Part shown: piece by piece, positions 53,012 through 64,000 of the stretch
How the letters are laid out: each line of letters starts with the position of its first letter
How positions within the stretch are numbered: the first letter of the stretch is position 1
Assembly (NCBI RefSeq): GCF_003918875.1
Contig: NW_025767541.1
Location: forward strand, 62,001-126,000
Reading direction: 5' to 3'
Source: Haliotis rubra
Taxonomy: Eukaryota
DNA length: 64,000 bases
The notes under the pieces: generated by a model
Database searches by the model: none
Seen by the model: the letters and a program-made list of their open reading frames with translations, nothing else
What the model was told of the DNA's origin: nothing
Program-made: the position numbers and the translations under genes

Positions 53012-53255
53012 GCGTGAAGATTCGGGTTAGCAACCTAGCATAGGTCTTCAGCAACCCTTGCATGTCCTCAGATGCGAGTAATGGGATCATGTGGTCAGAC
53101 TCGCTGACTTGGTTGACACATGTCATCGTATCCCAATTGCAGTGTTGAGGCTCATGCTGCTGATCACTGGATTGTCTGGTCCAGAATCGATTATTTACAG
53201 ACTGCCGTCATGTAGCTGGGATATTGCTGAGTGCGGCGTTAAACAACAAACCAAC
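53012..53255 (+). mobile_element. SINE family B, full length, diverged
   Basis: cgtgaagattcgggttag...ggtcttcagcaaccc...gatattgctgagtgcggcgttaaacaacaaac. Confidence 0.85.
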
Positions 53256-53974
53256 AGAACCAACGAAAGATCATCTCCCAACCCAGACCCTCGACCTCCT
53301 AACTTAAACTTGCAGATGACACGAAAACTGCTGTTTTCTATGACCTATGATTATGTGGCCCTTGCACAATGGCTTGTGTGTGTGTGTTGTAGTAATCGTG
53401 AAGTAGATTTCATGAAGTTTGATAAGCTGATTTCATACCTCACGCATACATTAAATTGGTTATTGACACAATTCTTTCATGCATGGTTTCTTTTGGGTTT
53501 CTTTGTTGTTGTTTTTGTTGTTTTTTTAAGAGTTAACAGAAGAGAGATATCAGTGGGTAAGAGAATATCCATTTTAACCAATCAGACTCAAGCATTGTTT
53601 AACATTTAATTAGAGGGAGTTCCTGTTGTTAATCTACATCCATGGACATCCCGACCACCAGTACACCCTGTACATCAGTACACCATTCCATCAGTACACC
53701 AGTACACCGTGGACGTGTTGTTATGTTTATATGTTTATTATAGAAGGCTTCAGGCCCTAAAACGTGCTGTCTATACCACATAGCGCAGAATACGTATATA
53801 TTAATTATATTTTATTATTATATAAATACATTTGCACTTTCAATTAAAATTTACATTTATTTTGAAAGTATGCTTGCAAAGATAACCTGATAATTTCTGG
53901 CTTGTAGAAAACAATCAAACTCTTGGACTTGAAAATATTTTGATAATATTTTGTATGTATTGCTTTTGAATTTA

Positions 53975-54204
53975 AGGGAGGTACCGGGTTAGTAGATCTT
54001 AAGCAACCCATGCTGACGACTAACGGGATGGGGTGGTGAGGCTCGCTGACCCGGTTGACACATGTCATCGTATCCCTAATTGTGTAGATCGATGCTCATG
54101 ATGTTAATCACTGGATTGTCTTGTCCAAATCCGATAGTTTACAGGCCGCCGTCATATACCTGGAATATTGCCGAGTGCGGCGTTAAACAACAAACAAACA
54201 AACA
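53975..54204 (+). mobile_element. SINE family B
   Basis: Consensus body with an (AAAC)n tail. Confidence 0.85.
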
Positions 54205-54807
54205 ACTTTAAGGGTGGATTAGTAAACAGTGAAATTATGTAGATCTTCGACACTGTTACAATATTCGATTAGGATGCAACATGTACGTAATCGTCCAGAG
54301 TTTGGAATGTTATTCTGTCTCCTATCAGTATTAACCCTGTTCATCCAACTCGACCACGATCAATGGGAAGCAAATATACAGTACAATAACATGTGAACTA
54401 ACCCTCTGCTGCAAGTAATAATACCAAGCGTTAACTAATAAACAAAACTTCTCGAGGTCCCCTCTCCGGAAGATGGATGAAAACAGTATGCTGAAAATAC
54501 CACATAGTGTACTGGCACAGTTCTACCACACAAAATATCGTTCCGTCATGGTTCACGTATATGAACACTCTAAAATTAGCCTAGGTCTGCACGGTGGTTT
54601 ACAACGGTCGTGTCCTGCTGGTTAAAGGTCGGGCATCCGCTGGTTATCCCCCTGCGTTATCTATAGTTTGACGAGCATCACACGGCAAATATGAAAAAGG
54701 AACTCCATTTAGTTCATCCTCCATCTAGGCGTGTTATATATTTACATTGGACACCCTTTACAACAACATCGTTAAGAACACGACCTCTGCAACCTCTAAC
54801 TACTCAA

Positions 54808-55054
54808 GTGAGTGAGTGAGTTTAGTTTTACGTCGCATTCAGCAATATTCAAGCTATATGGCGGCGGTCTGTAAATAATCGAGTCTGGACCAGAAAATCC
54901 AGTGATCAACAGCAGGAGCATCGTTCTGAGCAAATGGGAACCGATGTCACGTGTCAACCAAGTCAGCGAGCCTGACCACCCGATCCCGTTAGTCGCCTCT
55001 TACGACAAGCATGGGTTACTGAAGATCAATATTCTAACCCGGACCTTCACGGGT
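54808..55054 (-). mobile_element. SINE family B, full length, near consensus
   Basis: Head ACCCGTGAAGGTCCGGGTTAGAATATTGATCTTCAGTAACCCATGCTTGTCGTAAGAGGCGACTAACGGG and (ACTC)n tail. Confidence 0.9.
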
Positions 55055-55123
55055 CTAGGGACAGTCAATTCTGGGGTAAAGAAATCAGTGGATAATAAAT
55101 ATTTATTTATACTTTTGTTTTTT

Positions 55124-55276
55124 TAGTTTTACCTCTTTTGTAGCAATATTCCAGCAAGCTCACGGCGGGGGACACCAGAAAAATGGGCTTCACGCACCGT
55201 AACCATGTGGGGAATCGAACTCGGGTGTTCGGCGTGATGAGCGAACACTTTAATTACTAGGATACTCCACCGCCCC
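55124..55276 (-). mobile_element. SINE family A
   Basis: Consensus match. Confidence 0.85.
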
Positions 55277-56431
55277 GGATGACTAGCGTATTAACACAGT
55301 CGGGAACATATCAAAATTTTGTTTCAACTATACTCATGACACGTATTCGTACGTTGGTAGAACTGCGAGATACGTTAGGTGCACCTGTATCCGCAGATGT
55401 ATTTATTATAGTGGATTATTGTATTGAATCACCATATATGAATCGATACTGTACATCGTTCTTCACTGACAATAGAGTGGATCTAGACATATGCCAGTTA
55501 GTTTACACTTTTATAGAACGTAAGCAAATCACAACCCTCAATACCAATAGCCTACACATTGCTACAAACAAGATGACTCCCAGCTGGTGGCTTCTAAAAA
55601 TAGATTAACAGCTGTTTCGATGCGATCGTTGAAACGTTGCTTTTCACCTATCTCTATTGTAAACATTATCTCTGCGACTGATTTATGAGAAAGCCTTATG
55701 CTATTAGCCAACCATCTAACGTCAGTTTCTATGGGTGTGATTGTAAACTAGGTGAACGAGAATGAATATGTCTTAGACGATTCAGGCTTAATTAAAGCTG
55801 AGCGAGGCTTTCCGAGTACGAAAAGGACAAAGTTTCAACCATCAGTTAAAGTTAAAGATGCAGTCAGGTTTTAAAAAGAATTGAAAATAAAGATCTGATA
55901 ATCAACCAATACAGACGATCGTTTGAAGAATGTTTCATGCTCAAGTAAAAATGAATCACGATGATGTCCATGATCATTTGCCAATCGATGGAGTGGATCA
56001 GCGTAACAAAACCAGAAATACACATCACATTATTTAGCATTGTATCAGTTCAGATACAAATAGCCTGGATACGCGAGTACAGTGAGTGAGATGTAAAGTA
56101 TTCGGTAAAATATTATTCTGCATTTTCTTGTGAAGGTGTCAGTACGTCATTCGACTGGTGTATTTCCCGATTCGCGGACAAAAGCAATTACCACTTTCAT
56201 AAGACAGGGTCGTGACAATAATAAAGTATAATCATTCAGGTATGTCTATGAAAAAGAAAAAAACACAGCAAATTCATACTGCTTTCCCTGATTTTAGAAA
56301 ATAACATTATATTCTGTGCATCGCCCTAACCTTCAGCATTGCTTGCATTCAGTTGGTTTAAATGGAACAAAATGTCGAAGTTATTATGTATGTACATGGA
56401 AAAAGTATCGCGAAAACCCATATTTTACATA

Positions 56432-56664
56432 AACTGACGTTAAGAAGAAAGTACACAGTCACCTGATTCTTTGGTAAAATGTTTTCTTTAAAACAGCATT
56501 AATATTTTAAAAAGTGTTTTGATTCTGCCTGTCACAAACATTGTGCAAGTGTTTCCAAAACACCAGAAATTGTACCCAATAACAACATTGCTAGCGAAAT
56601 ATTTATGGTTTTAATGGAAATAGTCCCAAAACACCAGGTGTGTACTTTCTTATGAACGTCAGTA
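56432..56664. mobile_element. Tc1/mariner-type MITE
   Basis: TIRs actgacgttaagaagaaagtacaca / tgtgtactttcttatgaacgtcagt, with TA flanks. Confidence 0.8.
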
Positions 56665-56925
56665 TAGTATCGATATGTTACCATTTAACATAGGAACTTA
56701 TCCAAAAATCAGTTAGGCTTACTATCTGGATAAATTTAATTTCAATTAATAATTTTATGGCAAATCTAACTGAAAAAACCCCCGAAAACCGGTTTAATCA
56801 CGATGGCAAACATGGCAAAAGGATGTAGTACTGATAACTATGGTGGTATGACATTAACAAGGGCGGTCAGTTTCAAGAATCTGGCACACATACCCTCAAG
56901 AAATCAAATAAAAAACCGAGCACAA

Positions 56926-57500
56926 TATTAGTATCTGGTGTACCTTCGCCAACAGCAATAGCATCCCTGAACCTCCTTGGCTCTTTCAGACGTTGCATTT
57001 AATGTTGTGGGATTGCGTTCCATATTTGATATAGGGCTTGTCCCAAACATACACTATGGGATTGAGATCTGGGCTCCTGGCTGGCCAAGGTAGTGTTGCT
57101 ACCACCGATGTCTACCATGAACAACTGGCCTTTGTGTTGAGAGGATGGTCATCAAAATGTGGTACAACAACCCTGTCTGTGATGTCAGTGATGTACCCTT
57201 GTCCATTCCCATTTCTCAGATCGAGAGAGGCACATCGTCACCACCTAAGAACCCCTGTCAAATGGTGCCTGCTCCAAAGCATTCCTTTGTGCAGATGCAG
57301 TGTTTCTGCGGTGCCAAACACCATCCCGGCAATCGGCGACAAACAAAGGAAGTTGATCGTCGCCCGACCAGTGGCACTTCCCAACAACGTAAAATTCCAG
57401 TGACGTCGAGCTTGACACCAAGCTAGCCATGCTGGTAGGTCGTCGGACCTTATACCCGATCGATTTTAGGCGACTTCGGACCACTGTTTTCAAAACGCCA
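56926..57500 (-). pseudogene. Decayed Tc1 (DD34E) transposase
   Basis: VATLPWPARSPDLNPIVYVWD at about 57040-57100, a terminal TRY* and an upstream degenerate FSDESRF..DGRxRVWRR region. Confidence 0.85.
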
Positions 57501-57739
57501 GAGCAGTTTAATGAAACTTGATATTTGCTTAAAGACGGTTACGCGTATTGCTCACCTTGATCGTTACACTAGCGTGTCTAAAATCATTGTATGGTTTAGA
57601 ATAATCATAAAAACAAACATAATAATGATATGAAAATAAATGGCTATATAGGGGTTCAATATCATAGGAGTTGTGATGCTGTTTGTAAAAGTAAAAACGT
57701 GTGTGAGAGGTAAAAAGTTTTTTTAAAGATTATTTTTAG

Positions 57740-58080
57740 TGTCCAAGTGGATTAAGGCAAGCTGCCAGGCTAATTCTATATTTTATCAACGAATTATCAC
57801 GAGAAAGTTTAACAAACGAAAAGTATGGAGTGCAGTTGTTTCTGAACTATGAGAAATCTTGCTACTTATACTTGTTGATGATGTCATCATGGTATCTAAC
57901 GCAATGTGAGAAGTACAGAAGCAACTTCGTATTCTCGGATCGTACGAAGATCTGTGGGGTCTAACGGACCAGAACAGACAAAACTGTTGCCTTCAGGAGT
58001 AGGTGACGCTTGTCGGCACAGAATAGCTGTTTCATAAAATGAAACAATATATTAGAGGAGATGACACCTACAAGCAGCAA
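57740..58080 (+). pseudogene. Non-LTR reverse transcriptase remnant (RTE-X/L2-like)
   Basis: Frame-shifted GLRQ...FINELS...EILLLILVDDVIMVS...VQKQLRIL..DLWGL, the degenerate YADD region. Confidence 0.55.
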
Positions 58081-58467
58081 AAATCTATGACATTATGAAT
58101 AACATCAGAAAAGAGAAACGTAAAATCATATACCAGATACTAACAAAATATAGAATTACAACTCATGCTTAATATATTTCCATATGATAGGATTTTGAAT
58201 ACTAAAGATTCAGTTGTCATATGGTCCACAAATGATGTCCAATTGCTCTTACTGACACAAACTGTGACTTTTACATTATCTCTGTAATTTGAATTAATTC
58301 ATAATTACCCGACGACAGACGGTCCGTAACTTCCGTACTTTGTAATTCAAATGACACCAGTTAACCAATTATTCTTAGCCTATATATTATCATTTCATAT
58401 TTGTTAACCATTACGGTATTAGCATCTGTAACCAAACTGCAGATAAACGCCAAGTCTTCTAATTAAA

Positions 58468-58698
58468 CACCTCTTCTTGAAACTTGATCATATTCCTGGT
58501 TCATAGGTCGTCTATGTTGGATTTATAGAGAAATCAAAATGAATTTTTTAAGCTGAGCTGTTTTGATGACAAGACAAGACCCTAGTCTTTAAGCACCTCT
58601 TCTTGAAACTTGATCGTATACCTGGTTCATATGTTGGATTTATAGAGAAATCAAAATGAATTTTATAAGCCGAGCTGTTTTGATGACAAGACAAGACC
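58468..58698. repeat. Tandem duplication of about 120 bp
   Basis: cacctct..ttgaaacttgatc..ttggatttatagagaaatcaaaatgaatttt..gagctgttttgatgacaagacaagacc, twice. Confidence 0.88.
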
Positions 58699-58727
58699 GT
58701 AGTCTGTCTCACAGTCCCTGAACCAAA

Positions 58728-58729
58728 GC

Positions 58730-58794
<65 letters not shown>
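58728..58794. repeat. (CT)n(CA)n compound microsatellite
   Basis: Seen directly. Confidence 0.97.
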
Positions 58795-58796
<2 letters not shown>

Positions 58797-59429
58797 GCTA
58801 CACTATGTACAGAAGCAAGCAGGTACCTTTGTCCAAGTAGAACAGATCCTCGATTCGTATCGTGCTGTCCATTCACTTCATAACTCGGACACCGAACATC
58901 TACCCTCCTGTCGGACAGTCGAACAAGTCTCGATGACACTCGCCCTGGCAACTGCCATGTCTTGGGTCACTGATAGCCACAGTTTAGGTCATTGGCAAGT
59001 GACACTCCCGGTATATTTACAGCGTGATGCAACACCGCGCTACATACACGCTTGAGACCTTGGCCGTGCATAGCTTTATCGACTTACCGTCGTTACAACA
59101 ATCAGGCCGGCCACAACACATGGACTGAACACGTGCTCTCACTGTGAATGGCCTTTGACTTTTCACAGTACTGTCATTTTCAAGTGTCGGGCTAATATTC
59201 CCATAGCGTTTGTGCCATTTGATGTAAGATGTTTTAATTTGAACATATGTACGTATATGTACGTACGCGTGGACTTATAGTATTCCCAGAAATTATTGAG
59301 AAAGTTTTTTCGGCAAATATCTAATACATGTATGTAAACAAGAGACGTTTTACTTATAAGAATATGTTGAGATATCATTCTCTTACAGTCTAAATGTGTT
59401 TTCAGTACTTTGTGAAAAATCTGAAAACC

Positions 59430-60897
59430 TTTTCTACATTGGTTCCCAAATAGGCTGTAAATCCCAGGGATGAGAAGCTTCACACAACATATGGATGACA
59501 ATTTGGATGTTAAAGAAACGTTCATTACATCTTGTGGCCAGTTTGTGAGTTCTATGTATGTACCAAATAATCCAGTGATGTCTGTAGATGAGACAAGATA
59601 TTGAATGAAAACTTCCCAGCAACATCCAACAGTCTAAAACATCACATTGAGCGAGTAGACTACGGAGTACATGTTTGGAAACAGCCTCTGTAAATAATCA
59701 TGAACATTACTTCACCAGTTGACCATGGCTGGAGAATTTGTGATGGTCAGCTTAACCCTATTCTAAAGTTGAAAAATCCTGCTCCCCATGGATTGGTTGA
59801 ACTGACATCGTGTTAATGCAAAAGTCAGCATGCCAGCAGAGTCTATGTCAATGCAGACATAATGATCTAGTGTGCACAGAGGCCTGCATGTCTTTGTACG
59901 GAACACCTTTGACTTGTTGTTAGTAGATGACTCCGATTCTGACATGGAGTAACATATGACATGAAAGAAAGTGAAAAGAAGGGTTAATTGTAAGCTTCTG
60001 AATGTATCAAAAGTGATTAAAGAGTTATATGATAGAACAATATGAATAGCTACTACCAGAGCTTAGACGCAGTTATTGGTCATGAATCATATTTTTCAAA
60101 CACTTTTGGATAATGATATTTCATCAAATATGTTAGGAGTGTGAAGCTTTCATTGACCATATCATTGAAATTTAGTTCGATTCCAATACTGTATTGAACA
60201 TTTGACACCAAATGAATTGTTTGGTTTTTATATCAGTAGATATTTAGTCCTCCACTATGTATATGTAGTAAAACTACAATGGTGGCCATTTTGAATTTTT
60301 GGAAACATATAAAAATTCCTAATAACGTGCTGTCACTCTAGAAGTAAAGAGGAAGTAAACAGAACTTGTTTTAGTTACAAAAACAATGTTAACTTTCAAT
60401 GAATAAATCACTACCACACATTTTCATGAAAAGTCGGAGAAAAGCTAAAATACCCCCTCTCTCAAAGAATAAGCTGTAAAACATTACCATGATATGACCA
60501 TACACAACCACTTGTGTTGTGCCCAAGCCATCACTCTAGAAGAGACAAGTGTCAAAAAACAATAAAAGTATCAACTTTGGATGTAAATGGAAACGGCCAT
60601 TTTGATTTTTTTTCAAAAACAAAGAAGTCAAAATAGAGGTGATCAGATTGATAGAAGTAAAAGTACCCATGATTAACTTTGAGGTGTTGTCGGGCAGCAA
60701 ACCAAATGTGACGAAAATGCTCGGAGACCCCACCACATATATGATGGCCTGTGAAAAAAACCTGATACCACAATCTGAGAGTATTACAGGCCATTTCATG
60801 AGCCCAAGACATTATACTAACTGAAAATAGTGTCAAACAATATCAGTACTGGGGGAGGCTACGATTTCATAATTTTCAGCTGCCTCCTCCTGGACTA
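59430..60897 (+). mobile_element. Academ-type DNA transposon, 3' remnant
   Basis: Degenerate LPxTxxSLKHHIERVDY..HVW..SPVDHGW..GQLNP..PAP.GLVELTSCxCK..CQC....LVCTEAC (nuclease C-terminus plus Cys-rich tail). The element ends ...ctcctggacta, a TAG-start terminus typical of Academ. Confidence 0.65.
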
Positions 60898-60932
60898 TTC
60901 GGGCCGTTGGAATGAGGTGATCATCTAAGATG

Positions 60933-61548
60933 TCAAAATATCGTTCCTTCCAATTTCAAGTGAAAATACACAACGGCATCACTCAACGTGATGATATCCC
61001 ATCCCACATGTGAAATTTGTGGCAATGTTTTGGACGTTGGTAGATAGGTTTCTTTTGTGCAGATTTTCACACAGTTCGGCAAAAGGCGGACAGAACCTTC
61101 ATCAGAAAAGAAAACATTATCCCAGTCTGGACTTTTGTGAGCCCTACACCAGTTTAAACGTCTTTCTTTTTGTGCATCTTTCTTCAATGGTGAGGGAATT
61201 CCGCGTTTTTTCACCCAGTTAAGTCTTTGTAATTCTTGTCTAAGGTTTTCATTACATACCTGAGGACATCCTGTATTAATCATTTCATTTCTGATATTCT
61301 CAACGCTTTTCAATCTTCACCTTCTCACGATCTGGCCAAGTCGCTGGCGATCCGTAGTAGGCTACTGAACTTTCTTGCTCCCTGACCCTGTCTTGTGCAC
61401 AATCTCAACTCCTGACTAATTATTCTTCAAAGTTCTGTACACTGTAGACAGAAGAATGTCAACCAGCTAACTCTTTTGCACTAGTCACACCCCTTGCAAA
61501 GTCATCTAGAACCAGCTTTCTTTTCTCTTCTGCTGTCAAATCTGCCAT
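60933..61548 (-). pseudogene. Decayed Tc1-like transposase, N-terminal half
   Basis: MADLTAEEKRKLVL..AKELA..STVYR (HTH), then KERRLNWCRAHKSPDWDNVFFSDE. Confidence 0.8.
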
Positions 61549-62294
61549 GTCAACAAAGGAAGCCGTCTGTTACACCAGGGGAAATAACTCTTGATATAGT
61601 AAGGTTCATTCTTAAGCCCACAAGAGTGACCTCCCATATTGAGTACCTTACTACTTAATGTAATGCCTATTTTAAAATTCTATTATCAATATTAGGAAAC
61701 ACGCAGCTTTCCCACAGCCACCCTTAAACTGACAAAATAAAGTAGAATCAAAGTTATAGATGCTTTGTATTCGTCTCTGATGTAGGTATGAACAAATCTA
61801 GATTTTGCAATTTTGATTTAATTATTTTATTGTAAACCGACCGACCCAACTTTAGATGACGTTTGCCTTGTGAAACACATAAAAAAGGGCTGCCTGACAT
61901 ATGCCATCTGTTAGTGCACTCTCCATGTACACCATTACTGATGCTATAAATAGCCCAGGATACGGCAGCACTCAGTCCGGAACAACGATGACTTGACATT
62001 TATTACAAACTAATTTACATATCACGTGATCTTGTTTTTGTATATCATCAAGGCTTGGATGTCTGTGAGTGGAACTGTGCAGTCACCGTCAAAAAAGAAT
62101 AAACACACAAATGAAATATGTTTTGTTTTGTTTTAATATATTTTTTCAATGAATACTAAAGGTTTCATTAATATGGTTTCCTGAATGTGAAGAAAGACGG
62201 AAATCATTGTTATCTGTTTATTGCACTGTAGGAGTTGTGATAAATGTTATCACGCTTTCTGCGGCAGATAACCAGGTACCAGGTTGACTGTATT

Positions 62295-62469
62295 GAGTGA
62301 GTGAGTGAGTGAATGTAGTTTTGCGCCGCTTTTGGCAATATTCCAGCAACATCACCAGATGCGGGGTACACCAGAATGGGCTTCACACATTACACCCATG
62401 TTGGGAAACGAACCCGGGTCTTCGGCGTGACGTGCAAACGCTTTAACCACTAGGCTACCCCACCGCCCC
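62295..62469 (-). mobile_element. SINE family A
   Basis: Near-consensus full-length copy. Confidence 0.9.
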
Positions 62470-62944
62470 TACAGTCTGACTGTAAAGAGCCCTGGGTAGA
62501 AGACACACACATAATAGGGTATTAGAGCGGGAACACACACACTCGGGTAGGAGAACAGTGACACACGCAATCTGGCTCTAGGAGAATGGCGACACACACA
62601 ATGGGATAGGGGGTGGGGACACACACAGTCGGGTATTAGAACGGCGACAAATACAACTGGGTATTCAATTCAATATTCTTTATTAATAGTTTTACAACTT
62701 ATCAAATGTATTTTTAGTTGGTCTGATAATAATCGTTTGTGAAGGATAATGTATTTTCCTGTTTCTAAATTAGTTGAAAGGTCATTGGCCTCCGAGGCCA
62801 AAAGGATGCTGTCATGATGATAATTCTCGTTCCAGTCATCCCGAACTTGCATATATCCGCAGGAAGCTGTGGCAGCCGCGCGAGGTCACTTGCGTCTTCC
62901 ATGTATACTGTACTCTTGCCATCGTCGTATAAAACTCGGATACA

Positions 62945-64000
62945 CACAATCGGGTAGGACAGTAGCGACACACACAGTGGGGTAGGAGAGTAGCGAAACA
63001 CACAGTGGGGTAGGACAGTAGCGACACACACAGTGAAGTAGGAGAGTAGCGACACACACAGTAGGGTAGGAGAGTAGCGACACACACAGTGGGGTAGGAG
63101 AGTAGCAACACACACAGTAGGGTAGGAGAGTAGCGAGTGGGGGTAGGAGAGTAGCGACACACACAGTGAGGTAGGAGAGTAGCGACACACACAGTAGGGT
63201 AGGAGAGTAGCGACACACACACAGTGGGGTAGGAGGTAGGAGAGTAGCACACACAGTGTGGGTAGGAGAGTAGCGACACACAGTCAGGAGAGAGAGAGTA
63301 GCAGAAACACACAGTTGGGTAGGAGAGTAGCGACACACACAGTGGGGTAGGAGAGTAGCGAAACACACAGTTGGGTAGGACAGTAGCGACACACAGTCGG
63401 GTAGGAGAGTAGCGACACACAGTCGGGTAGGAGAGTAGCGACACACACAGTGGGGTAGGAGAGTAGCGACACACACAGTCGGGTAGGAGAGTAGCGACAC
63501 ACAGTCGGGTAGGAGAGTAGCGACACACACAGTGGGGTAGGAGAGTAGCGAAACACACAGTCGGGTAGGAGAGTAGCGACACACAGTCGGGTAGGAGAGT
63601 AGCGACACACTCAGTGGGGTAGGAGAGTAGCGACACACACAGTGGGGTAGGAGAGTAGCGACACACACAGTAGGGTAGGACAGTAGCGACACACACAGTA
63701 GGGTAGGAGAGTAGCCACACACACAGTCGGGTAGGAGAGTAGCGACACACACAGTGGGGTAGGAGAGTAGCGACACACACAGTGGGGTAGGAGAGTAGCG
63801 ACACACACAGTCGGGTAGGAGAGTAGCGACACACACAGTAGGGTAGGAGAGTAGCGACACACACAGTAGGGTAGGAGAGTAGCGACACACACAGTAGGGG
63901 TAGGAGAGTAGCGAAACACACAGTGGGGTAGGAGAGTAGCGACACACACAGTGGGGTAGGAGAGTAGCGACACACACAGTTGGGTAGGAGAGTAGCGACA
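62945..64000. repeat. 28/26-bp minisatellite running off the window (degenerate units also at 62490-62665)
   Basis: Unit (g/a/c/t)gggtaggagagtagcgacacacacagt. CA copy number varies. Confidence 0.97.

Larger units (their letters stand above)
58815..62940 (-). pseudogene. Fragmented LRR-LRRCT-Ig gene remnant
   Basis: In order on the minus strand: DLARLPQLPADICKF.MTGTRI (LRRNT/LRR, about 62.8 kb), WHMSGSPFLC (LRRCT start, about 61.9 kb), CGRP..DGKSI, then GY.*PKTWQLPG and TIRIEDLFYLDKGT (Ig-like, 58.8-59.1 kb). Contains stops and frameshifts. Confidence 0.4.

Noticed and set aside
53091-53609. 172-aa ORF with a hydrophobic C-terminus
   Set aside because: Starts inside a family B SINE and runs through T-rich low-complexity DNA.
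53735-53780. Possible second hammerhead/Penelope end (gaaggcttcaggccctaaaacgtg)
   Set aside because: The CTGANGA and GAAA core is not intact; too degenerate to call.
13411-62469. tRNA genes
   Set aside because: The tRNA-like A/B boxes are SINE heads with no proper acceptor stem, each followed by a SINE body, tail and often a TSD.
62765-63977. 363-379 aa Cys-rich ORFs
   Set aside because: Translation of the 28-bp satellite in rotating frames.

Overview
Eukaryotic, AT-rich, repeat-dense animal DNA. The SINE/MITE repertoire suggests a gastropod mollusc, probably abalone (Haliotis); this is an inference. Contents: (1) A spliced OSGIN1/2-like oxidative stress-induced growth inhibitor gene on the minus strand. 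It has four coding exons at 27640-17833 (about 497 aa after correcting two 1-bp indels), a probable non-coding first exon and promoter near 43.2-43.4 kb, and a cluster of Nrf2-type AREs in an intron. (2) A ZNF862-like hAT transposase gene split across a 100-N gap. (3) The odd, CpG-rich, bacterial-looking block 1255-11741 is a deletion-riddled inverted copy of about 11908-24900 and is almost certainly a fold-back long-read artefact at a contig end. All ORFs in it are spurious, but it preserves about 600 bp missing from the good arm. (4) Three SINE families with a related 3' tail, one with a non-tRNA head that folds into a nested pseudoknot (candidate novel ribozyme or structured RNA). (5) A small Penelope-type insertion with a hammerhead core. 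(6) MITEs, Tc1, Academ, L2 and RT remnants, several minisatellites, a candidate NF-kB-driven transcript and a shattered LRR-Ig pseudogene. All alignments and folds were done by eye.
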